A DNA stretch of 62,186 nucleotides, counting the filler, from Globobulimina sp. (taxonomy: Eukaryota): NCBI GenBank assembly GCA_003354225.1. It is 23 parts of 23 records of this genome, joined end to end, with 100 filler letters (N's around TTAATTAATTAA, not from the genome) between each part and the next. Parts side by side here need not be neighbours in the genome. Positions count along the whole stretch, not along the records: positions 21,677 to 24,285 come from PIVH01005746.1; positions 24,386 to 26,994 come from PIVH01005747.1; positions 27,095 to 29,703 come from PIVH01005748.1; positions 29,804 to 32,411 come from PIVH01005749.1; positions 32,512 to 35,118 come from PIVH01005750.1; 18 more parts are not named here. One strand, written 5' to 3'. The position numbers and the translations under genes are program-made. Positions within the stretch are counted from its first letter, which is position 1. Every line of letters begins with the position of its first letter. Of this stretch, positions 22,785 through 33,890 are shown piece after piece. The notes beneath the pieces were generated by a model. It had not been told where the DNA came from. It saw nothing but the letters and a program-made list of their open reading frames with translations, and did not search any database.

Positions 22785-24098
22785 ATGGGTTCTTGTATTA
22801 GCGCAAACAATATTACTCCCAGTGGTGGTGGTGCGGAGCATAAGGAGCGAGTCGGAAGCAAATCGCCAGCAGCACCCCAATCACAGCAATCGGCACAATC
22901 ACCATCAGTCGCAAGTGCAGCATCGCCACAATCATTCTCAAGCCCGGCACCCAAACCAACAGATATTGCCCTTGAGCTTACCAAACATTACGAACGATAT
23001 TCGAATCGTCAATTTGGAGTATCTGTGTGTTGCGCCCAAGGAGTAAAAACCACAATGGACGATGGCCATTGCTGTCAGTTTCGCTTCTCCAAACATCCGC
23101 AGTATAGTTTATTTGGTATGTTTGATGGGCATAATGGTGCGAAAGCGTCCAACTATTTAGCCGACAATTTATATAATACACTAAACGAGCTCCAAGACTT
23201 AGAAAACAACGAAGAGATTATTTCCTCCATCAATGAAATGGACAAAACCTTTATTTTAAATGAGTCTGAAAACAGTGGCAGCACCATAGTTTTTGCCATT
23301 ATCTCTTCCAATATCAAACAAAACCATCCTTTAAGTTTAGATAATGTAACTCCAGCAACCACAGCGCCCACAGCGCAAACAAGCGAAGTAAGTGAACCAA
23401 CGCAGCCAAGTGAACCGAGTGAAAGTAACGACGAGAATGTCATGGATGGATTTGCAATTGAAATCGGTTTGTTTTTGTTTTCCTGTTTTCCTGTTTTCTG
23501 ACATCTGACATTGTCGAAAGTGTCAGCATTTCTTACATCTGACTGTCTGACTAAAAGCAAATCCGTGTATAAAATAACAGAGTATAATGGTCGGATATTT
23601 TGGTGCGGCGATTCTCGGGGTGTGTTAATCCGACGTTCAGCCGTTGAAGATCCAGAATCACTTCGTAGTGTGCCAGAATATGATATTTTAACCACTCAGC
23701 ATAGTCTGAAGAACAAAAACGAACTGTTACGCGTTGAGAGCATGAATGGCGAGGTAGTTTATGGGCGCATTCATGGCTTATTATGTGTGACGAGATCGTT
23801 TGGTGATGGTCGGATGAAGTATGATGGGTCGGTGGTCACTGCAGATTGCGAATATGAAGGATTTGAAGCAAAGACTGGTGATATTCTATTACTGTGTACT
23901 CATGAATTAAGTGAGAAATGGTCAGATAATGAATTTATTGAAAAGGTGACTCGCCATTTAAATTCTGAACCAAATGATACCGCAAAGGCGATTGGGAACA
24001 TTGTTGATGATGCGATTTGTAATGGATCTGATGATAATTTGTCTGCCATGTTAATTCAATTTGGGGATGGGACAAAACAAGACTTTGACTTAGCATAA
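22785..24098 (+). CDS. PP2C/PPM-family phosphatase with N-myristoylation motif; join(22785..23466,23581..24098)
   Basis: MGSC start. Motifs TMDD, LFGMFDGHNG, SGST, CGDSRG, VTRSFGD and SDDNLS. Phase-1 intron at 23467-23580. Confidence 0.88.
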
Positions 24099-24520
24099 GG
24101 CGGAGAATATTTTATATTACTTTTAATTTCATACACATTATAGCTATATCCTCTGATCGATGATTGTTAAAAACTTGAGAAAATTCCAAATGTTTTTAAA
24201 GTATTTGTCTACTTTGTATGTTTTGAATGTTGTACTTTTCCATAGCTTTGGTTGTTTCGTGTCTTCTTTTTTCCCGTTTTCTTTTNNNNNNNNNNNNNNN
24301 NNNNNNNNNNNNNNNNNNNNNNNNNNNNNTTAATTAATTAANNNNNNNNNNNNNNNNNNNNNNNNNNNNNNNNNNNNNNNNNNNNTGGAAACATTGGTTT
24401 TCAGAAAGAAGCAAATAAAAGAACTTTTAGCTCACGAAAACTTGCATTTTAGCAGAGCTCGAGAAAGGAACTTTTAAAAGTGGTCATGCAATGGCTGATC
24501 TTAATTGCTGTTTGTCTCAT

Positions 24521-25207
24521 AGAAATCGGTTACACTGTAAATCGGTACATATTAATCCCAATACAAGATCAATTAATTTCCTATTATGACATAAATGCGG
24601 TGAATTACAATCTAGGTATTCAACAGCCACACTCTTAATTATTGGGTATAACTCAGTGAATGTTTTATTTTGTGCAATCTCAGGCATTGTGACTGATAAA
24701 TTTGGTAAAAAATGCAGATTGATGATTGCAGCCATTCTTTGTCTTGGAACCGCTCATTTTTTGTATGGATGGGTACATTTTAATATGTTTATTACCTTTG
24801 TTACACTGGCTATGGATGGTATGGCTGTTGGTGCATTTTTCCCTGTATTTTTTGCATCATTTCCGTTATTGGTGAATGAGGATATGATTGGCACAGCATA
24901 TGGCATTGTTGAATCATTTAGATTTGCGTCAGTTGGCTGTGGCTACCTTATTGTTGGTGCATTAACAAAGCAGAATGATGGCGATGGCAAATATTTAAAT
25001 GTACAATATTTTCAAGTGATGTTAGCAATGATAACATTACCCATTGCTTTGTTTTTAATGCGGTTGGATTCAAAAACTGGTTATAATTTATATAAACCAG
25101 CAACAAAAACATGTCAATTGGATTATGATTCAGCACCAAATAAAGATGCATATGATTCAGCAGCACTTACACCAATTGAAATAGATCAATATGAAGGCTT
25201 TCATTAA
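24521..25207 (+). CDS. MFS transporter (MFSD1-like), C-terminal half, 5' partial and spliced
   Basis: MFS motif A GIVTDKFGKK, GTAYG, and about 6 TM helices. Upstream AG/GT-bounded exons. Confidence 0.75.
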
Positions 25208-25714
25208 TTAAACCGTGTACATCCTAATTATAAATTTGTTTATGTCAAAAATCTACGTAAGAAAAACATACGTACTGTACATAGGAACTGAAATTTACAA
25301 CAACGCGTCTAGTCGGCTGATATACTGTTCGCCACTGATTCTTCTTAAGAAGACAAAAGCAACTTCCGATGGAACCCAACTGTTACAGTTTTCATCTAAA
25401 AAAAACTAAGGTCAGCCAGGGCTACAATGTTAAATCCCAACGCTGGATTTTTCGAATTATATACAGGAAATCACTGGAAAATTCGTTTGGAAACTGGAAA
25501 AATCTTGCAAAATTTAGAGTAAATTAATTGTAGATGTTACTGATGTGTATGACGATATAAACGCCATTATTTTAAATGCAGCTGCTTAAGTATAAAAATG
25601 TTAAAAACTATTTTTGTTTTTCCTTTCTTTACCATTCGCCTGAATAGGCTCAAATAGCTCCTTTATTTTTTTGTTATCGTAACAAAATAAATAAACCATA
25701 AAACAAATCGAAAA

Positions 25715-26896
25715 ATGTCAAATTCAAACCCACCAAACTCTATAGCTCAACAATTATCTGAACGCAAGGCTCGTTTAGCAAATCAATCAAATAACAACAA
25801 CAACAACAACAATACTAACAACCCCAATAACAACACAAATAGCAACAGCGGCGACCACCTGGATGATTATGAATATGCAAAGCGATTACAAGCTCAATTC
25901 AACACAGAAGATAATAACCACTCTGATAATAACTCCAATAACATAGCAAACGACAACATGGATGACATAGAAATGATGGATAACCGTAACATCACCGAGT
26001 GTAATAATACCGGCATAATCGACAAAGATCACGAGATAGCATTACATCTAAGCCGCCAATACGAACAAGAAGCACATAATGTGCCTCCACCTAACAATCA
26101 CAATCATAATCATCATTTTGATTACAATCCCAACCATAATCATAATAGACACGCACCGCACAATAATAATTTGAATAACGTTCTCCGTCATTCATACACC
26201 AACACCAACACCAATAACAACAATAACAATAACCCGCGACGTGGCCAGTCATCCTATTCGACCTCAACCGTAACAATGCATGATGGGAATGGCAACATAC
26301 GTACAATCCACTCAAATGCTCCCATGAATCCAATGGGTGGCCCTATGGCTGGTTTTAATCATCCTTTTTTTACACAAAATGCCCAAATGCCAGGCATGGG
26401 CATGGCTCCTATGACTGGCTTCAATCATCCATTTTTCACCAATAACAGCAACAACAATGCAAATAATCCATTTTCAGATCCTTTTTTTGCTCAAATGGGC
26501 ATGAATGGTCAAGGCATGCCTCAAATGGGCATGGACATAAACACGATGATGGATGGTCTAATGATGGGCGGTGGCGATGGGTTTCCCTTTGCATTCATGT
26601 CACAAAGAGCACCGGTCGCCAATCAAGCAAATGTGGATGCATTACCCACGGATACCTACAAAGAAAAGGAGACTGTGCTTGGGAGCGACGACAATGACAA
26701 AGAGGAGAAAGAAGAAAAGCAGGCAACGCACAAAGAGTCCTGTAGTATATGTTTGGAAGAGTTTAAAAACGGCGACGAAATTCGTCGGTTGCCGTGTTTG
26801 CATATTTTCCATAAGAATGAGATTGATCGGTGGTTGTTAACGGGAGCTGATAAGTGCCCCATTTGTAGAATACCCATTAATGGACAAACCAATTGA
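25715..26896 (+). CDS. RING-H2 E3 ubiquitin ligase with two UIM-like motifs and an Asn/Met/Gly low-complexity region
   Basis: CSICLEEFKNGDEIRRLPCLHIFHKNEIDRWL....KCPICR. UIM-like DDYEYAKRLQAQF and DKDHEIALHLSRQYE. Confidence 0.88.
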   Translation: MSNSNPPNSIAQQLSERKARLANQSNNNNNNNNTNNPNNNTNSNSGDHLDDYEYAKRLQAQFNTEDNNHSDNNSNNIANDNMDDIEMMDNRNITECNNTGIIDKDHEIALHLSRQYEQEAHNVPPPNNHNHNHHFDYNPNHNHNRHAPHNNNLNNVLRHSYTNTNTNNNNNNNPRRGQSSYSTSTVTMHDGNGNIRTIHSNAPMNPMGGPMAGFNHPFFTQNAQMPGMGMAPMTGFNHPFFTNNSNNNANNPFSDPFFAQMGMNGQGMPQMGMDINTMMDGLMMGGGDGFPFAFMSQRAPVANQANVDALPTDTYKEKETVLGSDDNDKEEKEEKQATHKESCSICLEEFKNGDEIRRLPCLHIFHKNEIDRWLLTGADKCPICRIPINGQTN

Positions 26897-27221
26897 CGAT
26901 GAATTTGAGTTATGTTTAAATGAGGATTATTGTATAATGCATTTGTCAATGTTATGATACATGAATGGTATTATTTGGATGATTTCAATTGTATNNNNNN
27001 NNNNNNNNNNNNNNNNNNNNNNNNNNNNNNNNNNNNNNTTAATTAATTAANNNNNNNNNNNNNNNNNNNNNNNNNNNNNNNNNNNNNNNNNNNNTTTTTT
27101 TTTTTATTATTATTTTCAATAATTTATAGGCAATTATAGGCAATATAATTATCACAATGTAACTCCTGGATTTACATTGGCATCGATTTGTGTACAATCT
27201 ACTGCATAAAAATACAAATCG

Positions 27222-27607
27222 ATGTATTGCGAGAGTTATATTGCTATAATTATATTGTGTATAATCTCTACTATATTAACTCCATTGATTCGTGGCATTT
27301 TTGATGGTGATGGTTGTTGGGCAATTAGAAGAACTGGGTCCGTTCGTATAATATTTGCCATCACTTCTGCCAACAGACTGTTCCTGTCAGCAATAAAGAA
27401 AGTTATCAATTATCATTGCTTGAATACTACGCTGGATAGAGGTTCCATTTACAAAAAAGGAGTGTGTATACAGCAAAAGAAGAAGTGTTGCAGATCGGGA
27501 AATGGATGTATCAGCCCACTGCATTGAACAATGTACTATTTATGAAACAAAAATATGCACGATTTGAATTAACAAAGCAAATTTTTGATCCAAATATTAA
27601 ACCGTGA
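27222..27607 (+). pseudogene. Decayed LAGLIDADG homing endonuclease domain
   Basis: LIRGIFDGDGCW...ITSANRLFLSAIKKVI. After a frameshift near 27465 it reads YTAKEEVLQIGKWMY...LFMKQKYARF (stop at 27605), matching the LAGLIDADG C-terminal helix pattern. Confidence 0.7.
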
Positions 27608-27792
27608 CAGATTAGACATTGTAAATGAATTTGTTGTTAAAGAGGTAGAAATGAAAAATTCAACACTGTCAGAATTGATCAACACGAGATAACCCACATA
27701 ATTGCCCACATCACTTTCGTTTTCGAAATTCATTTTATGACATTTAAATAAACGTTTCTGTTAAAGTCTAAAGTTGCACATACTTGCAAAAC

Positions 27793-29502
27793 ATGTCGTC
27801 GTTAGTTGTATTTCTGTCAGTTCTTATCAATGCAATTGTGAGTGTAGAAATATGGGATATATATGAAACACATGTAACTGGGCCATCCTCAGGAAATCCA
27901 TTCAAAGAAATTCAAGTGACTGCAACATTTACATCCGCATCCAAAACAGAAACAAAAATTACTGGATTTTATAATGGAAATGGAATATATAGCTTCAGAT
28001 TCATGCCAAATGAATTAGGCCATTGGACATATTCCACAAACTCAAACAATCCAAATGTTGAAGATGCCACCGGCGATTTCCAGGTAACGAACGCAACAAA
28101 AAACAACAGAGGACCTGTTTACGCGGTCAATAATGTAAACTCTTCCATTGAAAGACCGTATTTTATTTATGCAGATACCGGAGATATATATTTTGAATCC
28201 GGCACCACATCCTATGGATGGATAGAATTGCCATCAAATATCACCTCGCAAACCATCAGTACAATAAAGGATGTTTATAACAACAATATATTCAACAAAA
28301 TTAGAATGGCAATATTCCCCATCAATGGGCCATACCAACACATCGAACCAAGCTCCTTTCCATTCACTGGCTCCTTAGCCACAAACTGGGACAATTTCAC
28401 AGCATTTAATTTGACATTTTGGAGCAAGTTAGATTCGTTTTTAACGCAGTTACAAGACATTGGCATTGTGATTGATTTAATATTATTCCATGGCTACGAT
28501 GAGTGGGGATTTAAATGTATGGGCGGGAGCAATGTCGATGAGTATGACATAAGCAATGATTTATTTTATTTGCAATATGTAGTGTCGCGGCTGAGCGCCT
28601 ACAGAAATATCTGGTGGTCCATGGCCAACGAATACGACGAAATTAAGTGTAAACACACCGACATTCCCTATAATTTCAGCATTTGGGACTCATATTTTGA
28701 GGCATTAATGGAGTACGATCCATATACAAACCCTCCGAAAGAGAAATCCATCCATCAATGGAAAACCATATACAATTATTCACAAAGCTGGGTGACACAT
28801 TTCTCGATTCAGGGATATCAGAATGTTGATTATAAATATTACTTTGAGAAATATAACGTGACCAAAGCATTGGTTTTGGATGAAATTCAGTACGAAGGCA
28901 ATCTGACTGCGCAGTGGGGGAATTTGAGTGCAGTCTCAGAATTGGATCGGTATTGGATGTGCACTGCGGTTGGTATGCAAGTGGGTCACAGTGAGTCTTT
29001 GCTGCCAAATGCGACCAACGACCCCTCACAGACTGCGGTTACGTGGTGGAATTATGGCAATGTGCTACGAGGCGAATCGTATAAGAAAATTAAATTTTAT
29101 TATGAGTTTATGACCAATGATAGCATACATCCGCCATTTCATAAACTATTCACGTTTTGTTATGTGCCTGCAATTTACAATTATTTCAATAGTAATTTTA
29201 CCGATGTTGCTGCATGTTATGTGTCACAATTATATGACAAGAATGAGTACAGTTATTATCTGGTGCGGTTTGCCAACATCACAGAGAATCAATCGACGGT
29301 GAATTATGAATATAATTCTACGGTGAATCTCAAATTGGAGAATGGCGAGTATACAATGTACAAAGTGGATGAATGCAATCAAGAAATTATTTTGTTGAAT
29401 GACAATATAAATGTTAAAGCAGATGAAGGCTATACGTATACTGCAAAGACTTTGCCACAAACTCTTCAATTTATCAATAAAAATAGTAAATATCGTGTTT
29501 GA
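27793..29502 (+). CDS. Secreted DUF5060-DUF4038-DUF5605-type putative glycoside hydrolase (bacterial-type)
   Basis: Signal peptide MSSLVVFLSVLINAIVS. Motifs GPSSGNPF, GFYNGNGIYSFRFMP..GHWTY, GTTSYGW, FNKIRM.IFP, DLILFHGYD.WGF, VVSRLSAYRNIWWSMANEYD and DEIQYEGN...WGNLS. Intronless. Confidence 0.82.
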   Translation: MSSLVVFLSVLINAIVSVEIWDIYETHVTGPSSGNPFKEIQVTATFTSASKTETKITGFYNGNGIYSFRFMPNELGHWTYSTNSNNPNVEDATGDFQVTNATKNNRGPVYAVNNVNSSIERPYFIYADTGDIYFESGTTSYGWIELPSNITSQTISTIKDVYNNNIFNKIRMAIFPINGPYQHIEPSSFPFTGSLATNWDNFTAFNLTFWSKLDSFLTQLQDIGIVIDLILFHGYDEWGFKCMGGSNVDEYDISNDLFYLQYVVSRLSAYRNIWWSMANEYDEIKCKHTDIPYNFSIWDSYFEALMEYDPYTNPPKEKSIHQWKTIYNYSQSWVTHFSIQGYQNVDYKYYFEKYNVTKALVLDEIQYEGNLTAQWGNLSAVSELDRYWMCTAVGMQVGHSESLLPNATNDPSQTAVTWWNYGNVLRGESYKKIKFYYEFMTNDSIHPPFHKLFTFCYVPAIYNYFNSNFTDVAACYVSQLYDKNEYSYYLVRFANITENQSTVNYEYNSTVNLKLENGEYTMYKVDECNQEIILLNDNINVKADEGYTYTAKTLPQTLQFINKNSKYRV

Positions 29503-29803
29503 TTTAATTATATATAATAATTATATGTTCAGAATACCACAGTCAGTGCAAGGATAATACATATGATATTATCAAAAGCAATATATAATAAAAAAAATAA
29601 AACAGATGAATTGCATCAGTCTTTCCACACTACCTTTTGTTTCATAACAAGGAGGAACTGATTTGCGTGCACCATATGATTCACAAAATCCCAGACCCAG
29701 TTANNNNNNNNNNNNNNNNNNNNNNNNNNNNNNNNNNNNNNNNNNNNTTAATTAATTAANNNNNNNNNNNNNNNNNNNNNNNNNNNNNNNNNNNNNNNNN
29801 NNN

Positions 29804-32411
29804 AATCCCGTTGAACGCAATCAGAAAATCTGATATTAAAATTACAAACATTGGATGAAGTTCATGCTATGGATGGTGAAGATGAGCATGTGGAGCAAGA
29901 TGAGCAAGATTTGGATATTTTGCCAAGTATTGATCATGAAATACAATGGAAACAATATATGGAGAATTTGCAACAATATGCAAAGACTCAGAGTGAAATA
30001 TATGCATCGCATCCGATGGCAAAAGAAAAACCATTAAAGAAAATGGGCCAAAACAGCAATTTTGATGATGCAAATGTTGCATTGTTATGGAGTGAATATA
30101 CACAAAATGTAAATCTATTATTAAATCAAAGATATGACTTATTAAACGCGGATAATTATAAACAAGAATCAAAACATAGTGAAGGATATGATGACGATGA
30201 TTTTGATGATTTGAGTTCACAATCTCCAGAGGAGAAAGTTTCGGATATTGAACAGATATCGGCTGTAGATTCGGATAAGTTACATTCTGTGATCAGGACA
30301 CATTTAAGTATGGTTAATTTTGATGATAACAAAATAAGCAAATATGAGATAACTATTTATTCCTCGCCAATGGGTATAATTTGGGAGGCAGATAACGATG
30401 GATATAATACAAAGATTTTACAAATCATAAAAGAGAAAATTGATTTATACGAGGCAGCGGGGATTAAGATAGGAATGATTTTATCAGATATCAAGGATGA
30501 AAATGTATTATGTTTACCATTTCAAAGTGTTAGCAAACAATTAGACGAATCTGAATCGAAATATCCAGTAAAATTGCAGTTTATTTCAGCAAAAAATACA
30601 ATTAGATTCGAGTGGGTATTATCTGCAGCGTTGTTTATACGATATGCATTGGACCAGGAACATGATAGAGATAATATTATGCAGTTTTTGCTTAGTAATC
30701 AAGGAATGTGCAAATTAGAAATAATATCAGCAATGCATTTAAATGACGAGCATGCACAATTATTACCAAATGAGATGAATATTACTGCCGATATGTTATA
30801 CTCATTGTTTACGCACAGTGAGTGGGCTCAAACTCGTAAATATGATGAAATATACGCTGTGCCAGCAATGAAGACCTCAGTTTCTGATGCTGCTCTTCAA
30901 CACGTTATGGATGAAATGGTAGATATGTTTGGTTCTGACGCATTTGATGATGATGTTGATGCGAAGGTAGATGAAAATGATCACAATTTAGCTTTTACAC
31001 CTATTGATATTTTCAAAAATGAACTAAATGATGAAACAATGGTTGAATCACCAAAGAGACCAAAAAGACCAATATATATCTCAACTAATATGGATGGCCA
31101 TGATGTAATTAAAAAAGAAAGCAATGAGTCATCAACTCCAATGATTGAGAAATCAATTCAAGCGAAGCCCAGTCCTATTGTGAAAATTGCAAACCGTGTC
31201 ACCGGATTATTTTCCAGTGCGCAGAAAAAGACCGCAGTTACATCCGATCTTATTGCTCCGTCATTATATTTAGCATTGGATTTGGATACAAGCACTGTTT
31301 CAGATTTTGCTTCAGATTTTGCTTCCGATACTGGCATAAATATTCAATATGGACATGAATCAAATCCAGTTTTATCACAATTAAAATTAGTTAAAATAAA
31401 TAGTAATGAGACAGAAGAAAAAATACCATATAATTGTTATACCCAACAACATTTTATAACTGCATTGAATCAAATTGATATTGAGTTTAATGAGCATGAA
31501 ATTGAACAAATTATACAGGAAATATTGGATATTAATGCCACTTTAAAACATGGTATTAATTTAATATCAGACACATCATTGAATGCGTTTATTGATTGTG
31601 GTGGCAGATCAGCATCAAATTCAGCCAATAAATTATTAAATTTTATGACGGGAAAAAATAATAAAAATGAGAGTAAACCACTAGAAAGGCCAAAGCGTTC
31701 AAAACGACCGCAACGAAAACAACGACCACAAAGACCGCAACGAAAACAATTGCAACGTCCACAACGAACCCAAGCATCACAACGCCCGCAACGAACACAG
31801 GCATCACAGCCACAGAGACCAATCAGACCAAAAAATATTCGCAAAATTATTGTACATAAACAGGAAACGATGATGCTTCCAAATGCAAATAGCTCGCCAA
31901 GTTTGAGTGTCAGACAAAAAGTTTCTCAGCGTATTTCAAGATTATTTGCTCAATCTGAAAAAAAGAAAAATAGCAATACCGGCACAGAAAATACTTTGAA
32001 ACCAAGAATATCGAATTCGAATTCGAATTTAGGAGTACAGAGAAGCAGCGGGTTGAATTTTAAACGTATTTCAGGATTATTCAGCAAAAAAGTTACTAAA
32101 AAAAAGGGAAAAATGATAAAATTGGCTGATGCGATTCCATCATTATCATATTTAGAAATGTCAAATGTAAAACGTGATAAAATAAAATTACCAGCACATG
32201 CTGCCAAATTACAATTAGTTGCAGATGAATCCGGTAGTATTACTATCACAGCACCGGTGGCAGTCCGTACGCGTCGAGTTAGCGAAACACATATGTTTTT
32301 ATCAAAATTACAGTTTGTAAGAAGAAACGCGTCAAAGAAGACACACATTGTACCCTCTAATTGTTATACAAGGGACGATTTTATTGAAGCGATGAATAAC
32401 GACGGCATTGA
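29804..32411 (+). CDS. Large hypothetical protein, partial at both ends; PDZ-like segment, internal duplication, PQR repeats
   Basis: Open frame of about 870 aa. PDZ-like PMGIIWE...IKIGMILSDI..ENV...F..V...L...YPVKLQF. Duplicated motif LSQLKLVK..IPYNCYTQQHFITALN / LSKLQFVR..VPSNCYTRDDFIEAMN. Confidence 0.65.
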
Positions 32412-32660
32412 NNNNNNNNNNNNNNNNNNNNNNNNNNNNNNNNNNNNNNNNNNNNTTAATTAATTAANNNNNNNNNNNNNNNNNNNNNNNNNNNNNNNNN
32501 NNNNNNNNNNNGAGAGCCCTAAACTACTTCAAAACTTTAAGAATCAATTTTGGCTGATAAATTGACCGTGTTTTGGGGGTGTATCAACAGCTTTGAAATC
32601 TGTGAATCAAAGGGGAAACACAGAGTGTTTGTAAATCTACACAACAATTTGTAAAAACAA

Positions 32661-33839
32661 CTACATATGAACTGAATGCGGCGCACCATCATCATCCAAT
32701 TGAACACTCGCTAAGTCAGATTCTAACTGTGTATCCGTAACATCATTTTGAGCTTCCTCAATATTTTCCTTCCTTTCAACTTCTTGCTCTTTCTCTTCTT
32801 CCTCTTCAATAAGCACAGTGGCTCGAATATCATCCATAGTCAATTTCGTCGCAATTCTCGCTACACTGTTAATCAGAAACACTCCCAACTGCGCATTCTT
32901 TTGTATATGTAGTAAACCCTCGGCATCGGCCGCAGCAAATACAGATAAAAAATCCTCACACAATTTATGTTCATCCACTTTAGACACTGCAGCAAAATCC
33001 TCCACTCCTTGATAGTACATTTTCTGTGCTTCTTTCACGTTTTTCAAATGAAACTGTATCACCATTTTACTCAATATATTCCTCCAGATCCTTTTATCAA
33101 ATTTCTCTGCATCTCTGCCATACATTTTATTCTGTCGATCAAGGAACGCATCCGCATCCTATGTACATTGCATACATTACAATTAAATCAATAGAATATC
33201 GCCATTGTGCGAGGATAGCTGACGTACTGTACATAACTTTGAATCGTTTGTTGTTAAGACAAAATTTGACAGCGCCCTCAAAATATTCATGGCAAGTAAT
33301 ATATCGGTTTTCTTCCTCTTGAATCTCGCAGGCCATATCTAACATTTTCAGAGCAGCGTTAAGATCCGGATTGTTAATTGCAGCCTTTATCATTAATTTC
33401 GATGCTAAGTCATACTGTCGATTTAAACGATAAAAATATGCGCCACGCTCCAAATAGGATGCGATTTTGGGTAAAAACTGCTCTATTTTTTTATCTGCTG
33501 CGTTTTGACAGGTTCGGGCTGCTTCTTCCATGGCTGCTGCTGCGCTGTTGTTCAAATTCATTGCTTCGCGAACGGATGCCAACGCTTCTAAGGTATCCAA
33601 ATGTAATCCCACACTTTCCACAGACATTGGTTTAATGAATCGAAACTATTTGGAATGAGCAAAGTACACATCATTCAATTCAGACTATGCATATTTTTAC
33701 ACACTTTTCTTTTGGCTTTTTCAAACAGTTTCTCTGCGTCGTCTGGGTTTGATTTAGAAAATAGGCCACCTTTCGCCAATTTGTTACCTTGTTTCATCAA
33801 TTTTTTCCCTTCTTCAATTGCATAACTCGCCTGTGCCAT
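32661..33839 (-). CDS. Gamma-SNAP-like (soluble NSF attachment protein); complement(join(32661..33158,33238..33645,33705..33839))
   Basis: Reconstructed N-terminus MAQASYAIEEGKKLMKQGNKLAKGGLFSKSNPDDAEKLFEKAKRKF, TPR-like helices and an acidic tail. Two phase-0 GT-AG introns (59 and 79 nt) restore one frame. Confidence 0.75.
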
Positions 33840-33890
33840 GATCAAATAAAATGTGGCAAAAAATTCTTTGTGTACTTACTAAAAATAATA

